DNA from: Leidyana gryllorum EB-2025a
Lineage: Eukaryota; Protista; Apicomplexa
Length of the DNA: 64,000 nt
NCBI GenBank assembly: GCA_048772705.1
Contig: JBLWGC010000202.1
Location: 62,001 to 126,000 of the forward strand
Direction of reading: 5' to 3'
A model generated the notes under the pieces. The model was not told the origin of the DNA. It did not search any database and saw only the letters and a program-made list of their open reading frames with translations. Made by a program: the position numbers and the translations under genes. Shown here in pieces: positions 9,784 through 21,363 of the stretch (position 1 is the stretch's first letter; every line of letters starts with the position of its first letter).

Positions 9784-12742
9784 TCACGAGATGCACAACA
9801 GCGCCTGCAGGATACGCTGCTTGTGGATGCACTCTTGTTGTGCAATCTTTGCTATTGGCTCCGCAGTCAATACACGCTGCAAACGAAATGTACCACTCTT
9901 ACGTTCGAGGGAAGTCTTAGCTTACGTATCGCATCCTCGATTCATCTTGGAATGTTTCAGTCTTAGCTTGAATTCTGAACAAGTATTCAGTCCGTCGCTG
10001 ACGGTTGAAGAAGTCCATCCAATCTTCGCCCTGAGGGCCGCTGCCCTCCAGACGAGCCATTTCAATCTCATCGGCTGGCACTCCCAAAATCATTTGCCCA
10101 ACATCACCCATCACATGACATCTCAATGTCTCGGAGTAGTCTTGAAGGTCCAATGTAAAATTGTACCGACGATCGGGTTTGGGGACTTCTTTGTTGCAAT
10201 TGTGGCAAAAGTATTGTGGGGCCACCTTGGCCGGAGTACCGAACGCATAGGCGTCTGCCGGATCACCGCTCTCCTCCCCTCCAGTCACCTTCTTGCTGCA
10301 CACAGGACAGGCACTGCCGAGCCAACAACACTGTCTCTGCTCTTACATAACCAGTTGCTTACATCCAGAAGAATTTGCGCCCGGGCTGAACTTGAAACAT
10401 CGATATACTCGCGATGCAGCTAAAGTACAGACCCGACCGAGCCACTATCAACGAGACGCCAATAGTGTCAACAAAATGTGCTCCCATCAAACTCACCTTC
10501 ACCCGAAGCTTCAGGATTCTGAGCTCCGGCAATGATCTCTGCCAATGTCTGCGAAAAGGCAGAGACATTTCAACCAACCAACCCCCCACCCACACAGCCG
10601 GTCTTACCGATCGTTTGGCGTCTCTGGATTTGTTGAGCATAGGAGTGTTGTTTTGGATACGCAGCTCCTTTCCGGCCGTCAGGTACCAATCTCGCAGCTC
10701 CAGCAGGCCTGGAATCTCCTGAGGTTGTAGCTTTGATGTGTCAGGCAGGAAGGCCCTTCGAACTTTGTCCCACACAAAGATCTCAATGGCCGTATCGACA
10801 CCGCCTTGCAGCTGTTTCAGACTGTTCCACTCGGACACTTTGGCTTTCCTGATGGCCACCAGCCACAATAAATCATCTGGGGAGGTCTGTATATCATCCG
10901 GCAGCTCAAACGCTTGGCCCCGAGAGCCCCAGACAATGTACTCTGCCGATTTGCCACTTTGATCCAAAAGCGTGAGAACCCGTTTGCCTAACGGCTGTCC
11001 AGTGCTCTTTTGAATAACGCTCCCAGCGGCACCGAGTCGGGCGACAACGGCGAGAACGTCCATCAGGTCATTCTGGCGGAGATTCTCCAGATTCTCGATA
11101 GGCTGCGCGGCCAAACTGTCGTTCAGACATGAATTCACACAAATGAATGCCTCACTCGCCCTCCCACCTGAACTTTGGGATATCGGGATCATCGTGGTCT
11201 TCGTCAATCTCTTTGATTTCAGCGTCAGCATCAAAACTGATCTCGTATTTGTGGTCGCAAGTGTTGAACTTCCTGCAGTCGCTGTTTCTGTGCCCCACAT
11301 TCGAGAGGAACTCACGGGTTGGCGGGTTTCACACTGCCCTTCGCGAACGTATATATCCTCCCTTCCTCGAGCACATCCGCAAACTGATCGACTCCTTGGT
11401 TAAAGAAGGTACTCTTGATCTCGCCAGACTGAGTTTGCCATTGTAATTAACAGTCGCAGCAGAGACAGCCAATGCACTTTTAGACACACTCACCTGGTCC
11501 CGAATGGTGATACTAAACAACTTGCCTTCTCCACGTGCACTGCAGAACGTCTTGATGTCACTCCTGCCATAGAGACACACAGACACATTTCTGTCTTGGG
11601 CGAGTGTGGACCCACTTATTCATCACCCGTCCCCGGATACACCACTTCCCGATGTAATTGGACATATCGCTTATTTGAACGAATCCTCTGGAGACATAAA
11701 TCGATCGCTATTGATCTTCGAAGGCGACTCACTTATCAGGTCGCTTGGCCACGGGCTTATAAGGAGCTGCTGGAGGTAGTCTGACGTGAACGGCAGCCGT
11801 ATACGGCGGACGGGTCTCACCTGCGCGATGCTGTGGGACGGCTGGTCCGCGGCGTTGCGCCCCGTAATATGCGGAAGCGTCGTCTTGAGGGATCGAAGGT
11901 GGGCCAGAGGTAGAGTTGGGGGGCTTGCGAGTGGACGGAGGCTCGCGCATGGATGGAGGCTCATAAGGTGACTGGGCATAGACGTCAGCAGGGGAAGGTG
12001 CCACTGGTGGGGCCGCCCGAGCGCTAAGTCCGGGAGACGGACGGGCCGCCGGAGGAGGAGCAGCCGCGGGCTGGCGGGGCGGCAGAGCGGGTTTGGCGCC
12101 CGGGGCGGCCGGCAGTTGAGGCGGGGCATTGGAGGAGGTCGCCTGAGGCCGACCACTGGCCGAAGCGAGCTGTGGGGTGGGTGTGAGGGCAACGAAGGGG
12201 TGGATTCTGGGCTCACTGGGTGTGCCGTTAGACTCATTGAAATGTCTCCACCGCAGTCATAGCTGTCGACAACCTGAGCGTTCTCGGCCTCGATGACCTT
12301 CTCGCCGGTTCTGAGAGAGAGGGGGAGTTGATGCGCGGACTTGAAGCTCTCTCACTTGAGTTTGACGAGTCTGAGCCCTGAGAGACGGAGGATGTTTCCA
12401 GTATTGAGGTCAACGGCTGCGGCTCCTGGCAGTTTGATGATCCCTCTGCAGCTGAATACAGTGTCTGGGAATTCTGGTTTGCAGTAGGATGAACCTCCGT
12501 CTACGATTAGGACGCTGCAGCGGCAAGTGGTCAGTCGTCTGGAGTGCGGTAGGCCCGCGAGACTCACGCTCTGAGGGATATGAGACAGTGGAATTGACGC
12601 CTCGCGCTCACTTCTTTCCGTCTTTCAAAGAGATCCATCTGGCATTGTAGGCGACAAAGCTGCCAGGAACGGCTCCCGGCTCATTGGCCAGTATTCTATC
12701 AAAGGTCCCGAACTCCAGCAGGTGATGTGTTGGACGGTACAT
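9784..12742 (-). CDS. RPA1: Replication protein A large (70-kDa) subunit, multi-exon
   Basis: N-terminal domain from MYRPTHHLLEFG, Pro-rich linker, OB-fold motifs (SDIKTFCSARGEGKLFSITIRD; DVLAVVARLG...KRVLTLLDQSG...KVSEWN), Zn finger CPVCSKKV...CHNCNK, and RIQAKTETFQDESRMR. Confidence 0.9.
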
Positions 12743-12765
12743 TGAAAAATGACGATTTTTGACGG

Positions 12766-15700
12766 ATGGACGGGGCCACAGATGCGGATCAAAAGGACAT
12801 CAAATGGTTATATCAGAGCCAATCCCATGTCCATCTCGTGATGAATGACGACAGCCTCCAGAGAGCGAAGCTCGGTAGGCTTACCCACCGCCCACGCGAG
12901 CCTGAGTGTCTATATATCGGCATTGAACAGTTATCGCGAAACAGAAAAGGGAACGAACGGGCGTCGGATACAATGTCCCACAGCCACGCCTTCTCAAGGC
13001 TCACAGACACACTGTCCTCGTATGTCTGCCACACACACTTATCTGTTGCGTGGAGTGTGCTGTGCCTGTCTGCCTGTCTGGTCGAACCTAACGCCTTTGA
13101 GCCGAGTTGAGAGGAGATATTGTCAACCGCTGCTTTTCAGGGCGATCATGGGGTGGGCATCCAGCTCTATTTTGAATTTGTTCGAGCAATGGCGCTGGTG
13201 TTTATCGTTCTCGGGCTGATCAAAATCCCGCAGGCCGTCTTTACCCAATCCGGAAACATGTTACGGCTTAACAAAATCTACCGCAGCCTCGTGAGTCTGG
13301 GCTGCCCGACCCCGCCATCATCTCCCAATCTGTCTCAGCTGGGAAATATTGGAGACAAGCCCGACTACAACTTGGTATCTCCGAGTGTGGCAGCTGAACT
13401 AATTCGCGATCGTCCAGTAATTATTGGATCAAATTACATGCCCGTTGCATCTTCAATACTCGCATTCGGAACTCTTGATCTCGTCTGCACTATAGTGAGT
13501 GCCAAACCGAGCCACCGCCCCAAACTGCACAGACTGTTGTGGGCTTCATGATTTGGTTCCTCCGCTACCGCATCCCTCACGTTTGCCGTGAGAATGACCG
13601 CCTTCGACACACCATGGCGGACCACACCATCATGGTCTCCAACCTCCCTCCTCTGCTTACGTAAGCCAAACCACTTATCGACCCCACGACGCACAGCGAG
13701 GTCGAACACCGACGGTATCGCCGCCATCTCAAGAACCACTTCCTCAATATTCTCGAGGATCGTCCACTGGGATTGCGCGAAAAGCGAGAAGCGTGCATCA
13801 AAGAATGCGTTCTCGTTCGTGTTGACGAGTGTGGCATCGACGAGCTGCTCGAAATAGGCAAATTAAAACAAGACGTTACGCTCATACAAGCTCGCTCTCG
13901 CCAAGGTCAACGCGTAAACGCCAGACACATACAGAAGAAGCTTCTCAAGATCGAGGAATGGACTCGCCGCCTTCAGGATAGTCCTGAGGTGCCGAATCGG
14001 GATCGTCCTGTCGCCATGGCCTTCGTGTCCTTCCAGCACAAAGAAGACAAAGAGGTGAGCGTGCTCAAAGCCCACCGAACTCAATAGCTGACTACTCGCG
14101 TCCAACCCCACCCAATCTGCAAGTTCACACACGTGTGTGTCAATGCCTATTGTTGCTACAGTTCCTGATAAATACCTACAAAGGTTCATCTTGGCTGCTG
14201 TTGGAACAGTCACAAGCCCCCTCATTGCGATTTCATGGCCGCCCCATCCGCGTAGAGCAAGCGCCAGAGCCAGAAGACATTCTCTGGGAGAACTTATTGT
14301 ATCCAACTCGAAAGCGTGTGCGCAATGTGGTGATCATCTGGCTGGTAGTGCTCGGTATGTTGACGGCGTAGGCGTCCTGTCAATCCACAACGGGGGTGTG
14401 CAGCGGTGCTGGGTGTCTCGTTCTTTATATCGTCGATTTTGGAGAAGTTGGGTTACGTACCACCACATCGAGCGAAACCTGATGCGGAAGTCTGGCGGTT
14501 GAGACGCTCGATACCATCTGGTTTCAGCTGGCGAATGTGCGATCTTTCGTTCTACAGTGATAATCTGTGCTCAGAGAGGCTTTATCCCGTGGAATTCAGA
14601 GCTCAACAGACTGCAGGGATGAGTTCAATGACTCTCAAAGCCGACAATGAACTGCTACCCTGTGTGGATGATGTTTGGTGAGTGGTTTCCAGGTGTCCGA
14701 GTCGAGATAGAGTGGTAAATTGAAGGGAGTCTGTGGACGGTGTGGCGATGGCGGGGGTCGAAGCGGACTTCCATGTGCCCACAACGGTGGCCTGTGTAGA
14801 GTTTACACAAGCTCTCGTACATAGCGATGGGAGTTTGTTGTTCGAGGAGGCAAGAGGTCATCAGAAGCACCACGGTGCTTTAGAGAGTTGTGATCTGCTG
14901 TTGGACATTGCGGATGGGAGCTCTTTGCCGTTGTGTACTCTGGCCCGTTCAGCCTCTTTGTCTACGAAGAACAGTTGGATGTGAGTTGGACGAAGCGACG
15001 GTGTGATGTCGGTGGGCAGAATGCAGACGTGGAACAGTCGGTCGACTCGGTACTGTCCGGACGTGCAGCCGGGGGAGAACGGATGGCAGTACATTGAGGA
15101 CAACCTGATGAACTCGGGGGACGAGCTTCATAACCGGGATTGGTACCTGTCTTGTTATTGTCTTGACGGTTTCGCATTGGATAAAATCGGCGTTTGCACG
15201 TGAGTTGATCCGAATGGTATATCTTGATGTGTGAGAATCTTCCTCAGCAAATTCTATGCAGAGTATGTTCGGAAGAACTCTGCTCTGTGGGCGAGTGAGT
15301 GGTCAGTAGCGGGTGTTGGAGAGGTTGTTTCGCAGTGCTTCTTTGTATCACATTGATCAACACGGGACTGCAATACCTAATTCAATGGCTGGTCCAACAC
15401 ATGGAGAAGCCGTGGTCCAATAGCCAAAGGATGGCTCTCTCCTGCTCCAAGATCTTCTTGGCTCAATACCTCAATTCGGGCTTCAACATATTGTTGACCA
15501 CTGGTCACATTTTCTCCCGCACCCTGCGAGTCGGAGAAACCGAAATCACAGTGAGTGGCCGTTGAAATTCTCCTTCAACGCAGCCCAGGGCGCATATGGT
15601 GACCTCTCGGGCGGCTGGTACGAAGAGGCCGGACTCCGACTGATGTCTTTTGGATTCTTCCATATAGCCTTCCCCCACATCTTCATGGTGAGCTTCTCCC

Positions 15701-17264
15701 TTAACAACCGAGAGTCCAACGCGACTCTCGTCTCGTCTATTAGTTGTTGATGCCGTTGTGGTGGAAACTTTGGAGATGGATGTTCGCCAAGAGACAAGTG
15801 ATCCAATACGATTTAGATAATCTGTACAAGAAGCCCGAGTTTGCCATTGACTGTAGGGCGGCGAGCGTTTTGGCCTTAGTGTGTTTTATGTTGACCTACA
15901 CGGGCCGTAAGTCTGTCTGTTCAGTATCGATCGACACTGCGCATTGATCCCCAGCGATGCCCTTATTGCCTTTCTGTGGGGCAGCTGCCATGGGAATCAT
16001 ATATTGGTGTGACAAATTCCACTTTCTCTATGGCTCCTTGAAGCCACCCCAATATAGCGAGGGGATCATAACGGTGGCCACTGGGCTCCTCCAAGTGGGG
16101 TTATTGGTGCGCACTATGATTTCCATGTCGGCTTTCGGACATCCTCTCGTAAGCTGCTAACGAAGGATACGCGCAACTGCATCCATCGATGACGACAGGT
16201 GGCGCCTTCCTCTTCTCTCGGACCCGGAAGTCACGACTTCCTCGATATGATTATAGACTCGGCTGAGAAGGAGAATATGCAGTTGACCTACGAATACGTT
16301 CCTCCAAACTCGGCAGCCTTCGATCCCTCCTGGGCCTGGGCGAGGTTCAAAGCTTACACACTTAGTTCCGCCAGTTTCCCCTCGTGAGTCCCCATCGGCT
16401 TTCAGTGACGGCAAAAGGGGCTGCAGGACTCTCTATTTGATCATCGTCACTTTCTTGGCGCTCAACATTGGCATTCTCACTCTGATGTACGCGTTCCGGC
16501 TGGTGAGAAGAGTGGTCGTCGTTTGACTCTCATGAATTCGATGACACAGACGAAGATGCGCAACTTTTTGGAGCGATGGGTCAACAAGGTGACCGAAATA
16601 GTGGAGCCGAGTTCAAAGGAGGGAACCTACGACGAGCTTCAGGAGGTGAGTTGGAGATTGGTGGCGGGAATGACAGATCGCTATGGTCCTGCAGGAGATG
16701 AAGGGTCGAGCGGCGGTGACCAGTTATAGGATGACGGCAAACCCGGCCTACGCGCTGATCAACCGGGCGCGAAGCGAGATGAAACATAGGAGGGATGTTC
16801 CAGGAGACGCGACAGGATTGGCCGCTCATCAGCAACGGAAACTGAATTGGGCTGCAGAGCACACTGTTCTCGAGGGAGATGAGGAGACAGCCGTGCCGAC
16901 AGAATTGCAAGAGAACATCCCTCCTGAGCCCCCAACTGGAACGGTCGTACCCGAGGTGCCCTCAGCTGGGCTTCTGGGCGACGAAGGAGAAGATGAGGAA
17001 GTTGATGTTCCCCGAGAGTGTGATACAGCTCGTTGTGCCGATTTGACAGCCCAAGTGCTGGCGTTGAATCCGCGACTGCAATACATACTGGCGCCAATTC
17101 ACGGCCAAGAGAATCTCTCTCCAGCAACACAAATCCAAATGTCGTCACCTGTGGTTGACGAGGTGTCCCCAACACACACACATAATGTCCCCAGACTATC
17201 TTTCACCCCACCAAACCATTTTCCATCCCCGAACAACTCTGATGATCAGTCGCCACCACTGTAA
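12766..17264 (+). CDS. OSCA/TMEM63 (CSC1-like) mechanosensitive/Ca-permeable channel, many short introns
   Basis: GVGIQLYFEFV, MAFVSFQ, EQAPEPEDILWENL, KIFLAQYLNSG, YWCDKFHFLY..KPPQYS motifs and multiple TM segments. Start could be 12766 or 12841. Confidence 0.85.
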
Positions 17265-17608
17265 ATCTGGTGTGTAATGTGATTTTTAGTGGATACAAGG
17301 GTTGATGACACAAAACAGTAACGATCAAAATGAAAAAGGAGCTCTCACTGATCCCATGAATGATCAAATGAGAGGGGGGATACTAAGTAGCAAAAGAAGT
17401 CAATTGCTTCTTTGCAACACAAACACACACACACACTCCCGCGCGTGCCCACAAAGGCACAGTAGTGTGTGGTCAAAATCCATGGTGGTGTGGTTCGCAC
17501 TCGAGACAGACAGATCCACACCTAATAAGAGGGTCAGTGAGGTGTCGCAGGGGATGGGGACAAATTAGGGCGTCAACTCTTGTTTGTGATCAAGAGGCGC
17601 CAGCAGTT

Positions 17609-18637
17609 TCATACGTCGTCATCATGACCAGCACAGACCTGAATTGAGACTCCTTGGACACAGTGATATTTTGAGACTTCTGGCAGTCCCGGATCACTGG
17701 CAGATGGAATCTCGAGTTTCGCTTGAGTGATTTCCCACTTTTGTGAACCCGTTGTGCTCATGGAAAGCGTATGCGCTTTCTTCAATGACCGAGTCTTCCT
17801 TGCCGCTGGCTGCATTGGCGAAGAACCGACATTGCTCTTTCCACCGCCACTTTTCTGCGGAGACCTCGCCTTCCCTCCATCATCTGCAGTCATCAACCTT
17901 GACGATGACGTCATCTCCTGCGATGAACGCCCTGCTCGCCGTTGGTCGCCATCTTTCCGCTGATCGCCGTCCCGTCGTCGTCCTCGCTGTGCAGCGCCTC
18001 CGGACGGAGAACAGTCGGTCGATGAAGACGTACTCGTGGCTGTTGTGGTCCTCTCTTCTTGGGGCATTCTAGGGAAATGGTGGACAGGGAACAGAGTGCC
18101 CTCAGTGAGCTGTCATAGCACAACGCAATATTGTGTCTCATCTCAGTCCTCATGACTCACCGGTATCACTCGCGATCCGAATGCCACTGCCACAACGCCA
18201 CCCGCCACGAAACCAATTCGCCACCCTGGTGGAATTTCTCCTCGATAGCATGCTTTTGTGTACTCTAAGTGAACAAAACTATACAGCTGATACTGTTCTG
18301 GTGTTGCAGGGGTCCAAAGTCCGTTTCCGAGGTCGAAGGATGTCTGCGGGGCCGCTAAATTGTATGCCGTCATCGGCATTGGCATTGACATTGCCGGCTG
18401 GCTGAAGGAAACTGGGGCGAAACCTGTCGGGGTGGCGGGCACCATGACTTGAGGGACCATATCTGGCATCGCCATTTGAGGTAGCGCACTGAGGTGCGCC
18501 ATGGGTCCTTGAGGACCGGTGACTGAAGGGATAGGTAGCTGAAGTGGAGTAGGGTGGGCAGGAGGGTTCAAAGCCTCCATCGGAACGTGGACATGAGTTT
18601 TTCGACCACTTCCACCTTTCTCCATCGATTTCATCAT
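17609..18637 (-). CDS. Pro/Met/Ser-rich hypothetical protein (exon structure uncertain)
   Basis: ORF 18143-18637 with a GTGAGT donor near 18160 and a CTAG acceptor near 18069; downstream frame ambiguous. Confidence 0.35.
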
Positions 18638-20691
18638 ATGGGTGAAGAAGCTCGCAAACTGAAAAGATCGATTGTGTGATAAAACGTGTGAGATCGATCG
18701 ATATCCACCTTGACACCCACAGAGTATCTATACCAATATAGTGTGTGCTACGTTCAATATGCCCCAATAATTCCACCAAATTCCCTTCCTGACACTCATC
18801 AACCGACCGCACCGATGTTAGGCCACCACTCGGACCAACAGATCACTTTAGTGAGCTATGGGGGCATCACAGCCGTAAAGTAATTACCTTTTCCCTCAAG
18901 TCATAATGCTTGCGTAAAATGGGCACCAGAATTAGTGCGATAATTTATTGGGGGGGCAAGTTGGCTTTCGCAGGGTTGGGGGCAATGTGGTGGATCGCCG
19001 TCATTAGGCGCGAAGTGATGAAAAATCAGAGGTTGCAGAAGGAGGGGGCACAGTTTGTAGAGTGTGGATGGATCATTCCTGTTTGAGACCCCAGGAAGCC
19101 ATCCCGCCCCACGCGGATTTTGTGGAGCACTGGCGAGGGCTGGGATGCTCGACGGTCTATCACCTCTAAAACGGTCTGTGGAGGCAGAGCTGGTGCCTGA
19201 ATGGGACGGGGCAATCATAACAGAGCGTTCGTCTGGGATTTGGGTTTGACACCTGGCGGTGGGCTATCAGAAAGCAACTAGGATTCGCCTTCTTGTCAGT
19301 TAGTGTGAGGGTAACTTGGGGCAATTAGTCACTCTGAGAGCACAAGTGATTTGCCGCTCAGATGTTATTAGGGTCCCTCGAAGCAGCCGTATTTGACTGT
19401 CTGTTCGTTACCTGAATGCTATGTCCGATTGTTTCAAAGAGCCGAGGCTGAATAGTCTAGTGTGCTAATAGTCGGCTGGGATCTCCAGAATCGTGCGAGC
19501 GGCCAAAGCTCCCCCCGCCAAACCCATCCGGCAGTTGTCGCCATGTTTACCGAGGTGTATTAAAAGCGATCTTCTGACTCCGGCCAAAGGCAGCGGCTGC
19601 CAAAGGTAGTGGTAGCTTTGGACGACCAAATCTCAATCGTGTACACCAGATTAGGCGAGACCTCCAGCTGCCTTGAGGTCGCGCTATGATCGGGCAAACC
19701 TTGACAATAAAGGCTTCAATGACCAGCCAGAAAGCCCCGTCACAGGCCGCAGCACCCCGGCACGTCGCCTAATGTTGAGATGTCACAGTTTACAGTCACC
19801 TTGCATCGCTCACCTGTTAAAAGAATTCAAGATTTGCTCAGGCGACTGGACATCTGCGGCCGACTGTGGCGGTCTCAGCGGCCACCTTCCGATTGTGTCG
19901 CGTTCTTGGCTGATATCAATTTTCTACGGCAGAGGTCGGAGACAGTTGTCGTCTTCTTTTCCGTGGCCAAGGCGTCCGCCCCACCCTGGAGCAGTTCTAC
20001 TGCCTCGACCGGTTTCGGACTATTTCATTCCCTCCCTGGAGGGGGAATACACCGTTGATGACGGGGGAATGGGACGTTTCCCGGCGTGGGCAGGCGTTGA
20101 GCTGACCTCTTCAAGCGGGGACGTAGCCTAGCCATACGCACTAGAGACTTCTCAACGTCACGACACTCCCTAAAGGAGCCAGACCTAATCCAGCAGTTGT
20201 CGCCGTGTTCACTGGAGTCTACTTGGCTCCGATCTCTAACGTGAAAGGAGTTACCTCCCATACATGTTATCTGTGCACATCTACCCTTGACACCTTTTTA
20301 TACACTGATTGGAGTTTGCGGGGTCCTGGGAGGGGTTTGGATCGGTGGTGACGCGGTGTTGGATTGGCGTGACCTCCTCAACTTGTTCCGACATGTCTGG
20401 TTGTTTAGAGGATCGCCGTTGTAGGCGTAGGCTCTGCGATCGGGTTAATACAGGTATGATGAATAGAGAAGTTGTACTAGATTAGTTGTAGCTTTGTTTG
20501 ATCTATAGTCACTGATTAGAGTCACGCATCTCTCGCTCTGTCTATCTTTTCTATTCTATCTGTACTTTTGTAGTTGTGTGTGGCATCGTCCCAATGGGCG
20601 ATGCAGCTGGGTTGTGTCTGTGTGTCTATTACAGATCACACGTTAGACTACGGTGTTCTAATACGGATGCAGCTACTTCGGATTTCTGTCT

Positions 20692-20709
20692 ATCCAGCAG
20701 TTGTCGCCA
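20692..20709 (-). promoter_or_regulatory. Primer-binding site complementary to 3' end (incl. CCA) of a tRNA-Ser
   Basis: Plus strand ATCCAGCAGTTGTCGCCA resembles a tRNA-Ser 3' end (yeast tRNA-Ser ends ...UCCUGCAGUUGUCGCCA, from memory). Near-identical copies at 20188-20205 and 19526-19543. Confidence 0.75.
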
Positions 20710-20965
20710 TGTTACTTGTTAGATCTGGGTGAGACAAGGCTAGTGAAAGTGAACTACATTGAGGACCGGAACTGAGGTGCTAAGTGTGATTTCCTTACCG
20801 TGAGGGCACAAAAAGGTAGAACAATAGGAACCTTACAGCCCCCCGTGAGGTGTAACTCGAAAGTAGCAATTCCCTTGGGACACGAGTCCTTATAAGCTGG
20901 TTACTATCGGCACTACCTTAAATCAACCCGACCGGCTCCCCGCAGCTGGTCGGGATAATAAAACA
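20710..20965 (-). repeat. Intact innermost LTR (256 bp)
   Basis: TGTTTTATTA...CAAGTAACA with TG/CA and TGTT/AACA inverted termini, TATA-like CTTATAAGG (~20888-20896), PBS directly adjacent. Confidence 0.7.
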
Positions 20966-21363
20966 CTCCGCAGTCAGGATGGATCTACATGGGACCCGAC
21001 GGGCGCCCCAGAGCGGGTGGGGATAACAAAACACGACGATGACGGCGTTCATTTTCTTTCAGCAGTGTCGGCGGGAGGCCCCAACACCAGGGGTGGGTCT
21101 AAATCGAACCCGACCAGCTCAACCGGGGCTGGTGGGAATAACATAACAATGATAAATAACACAAGAAGAACCCAGGGACAGTGAATATGTTAAATAGCAC
21201 AATTTTTGGAAAGTCAAAGGTAATTTGTAGAGGGCTTGGGACGAGGGTGAGGACTTTGGCTTTGGGGATTCGTTTCAAATAATTTATATGCTTCGTTAAT
21301 TGTAGACTGTTCTTTTGACAACGTCTATCGCATGATCATGCAAACAATCACTGAAATTAATGC

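Larger units (their letters stand above)
19526..21148 (-). mobile_element. Three nested truncated LTR-retrotransposon 5' ends (LTR + tRNA-Ser PBS)
   Basis: On the minus strand, three related LTR starts TGTT(T/A)T(A/G)TTAT..CC.ACC at 21148, 21033 and 20965. Three LTR ends AACA (20710, 20206, 19544) are each followed immediately by (T/C)GGCGACAACTGC(T/C)GGAT. Confidence 0.75.

Noticed and set aside
18816-19222. Possible fourth/solo LTR (TGTTA...TAACA, 407 bp)
   Set aside because: No target-site duplication, PBS, polypurine tract or terminal hairpin; may be chance.
19526-20709. The three 18-nt repeats as a CRISPR array, tRNA genes or phage att sites
   Set aside because: Spacing is 500-660 bp, there are no cas or integrase genes, and there is no upstream tRNA body. 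Encoded CCA next to TGTT fits a PBS better.
20927-21148. Hairpins as Helitron 3' ends or intrinsic terminators
   Set aside because: No CTRR terminus; they end in AACA and pair numerically with three PBS-flanked ends; eukaryotic context.
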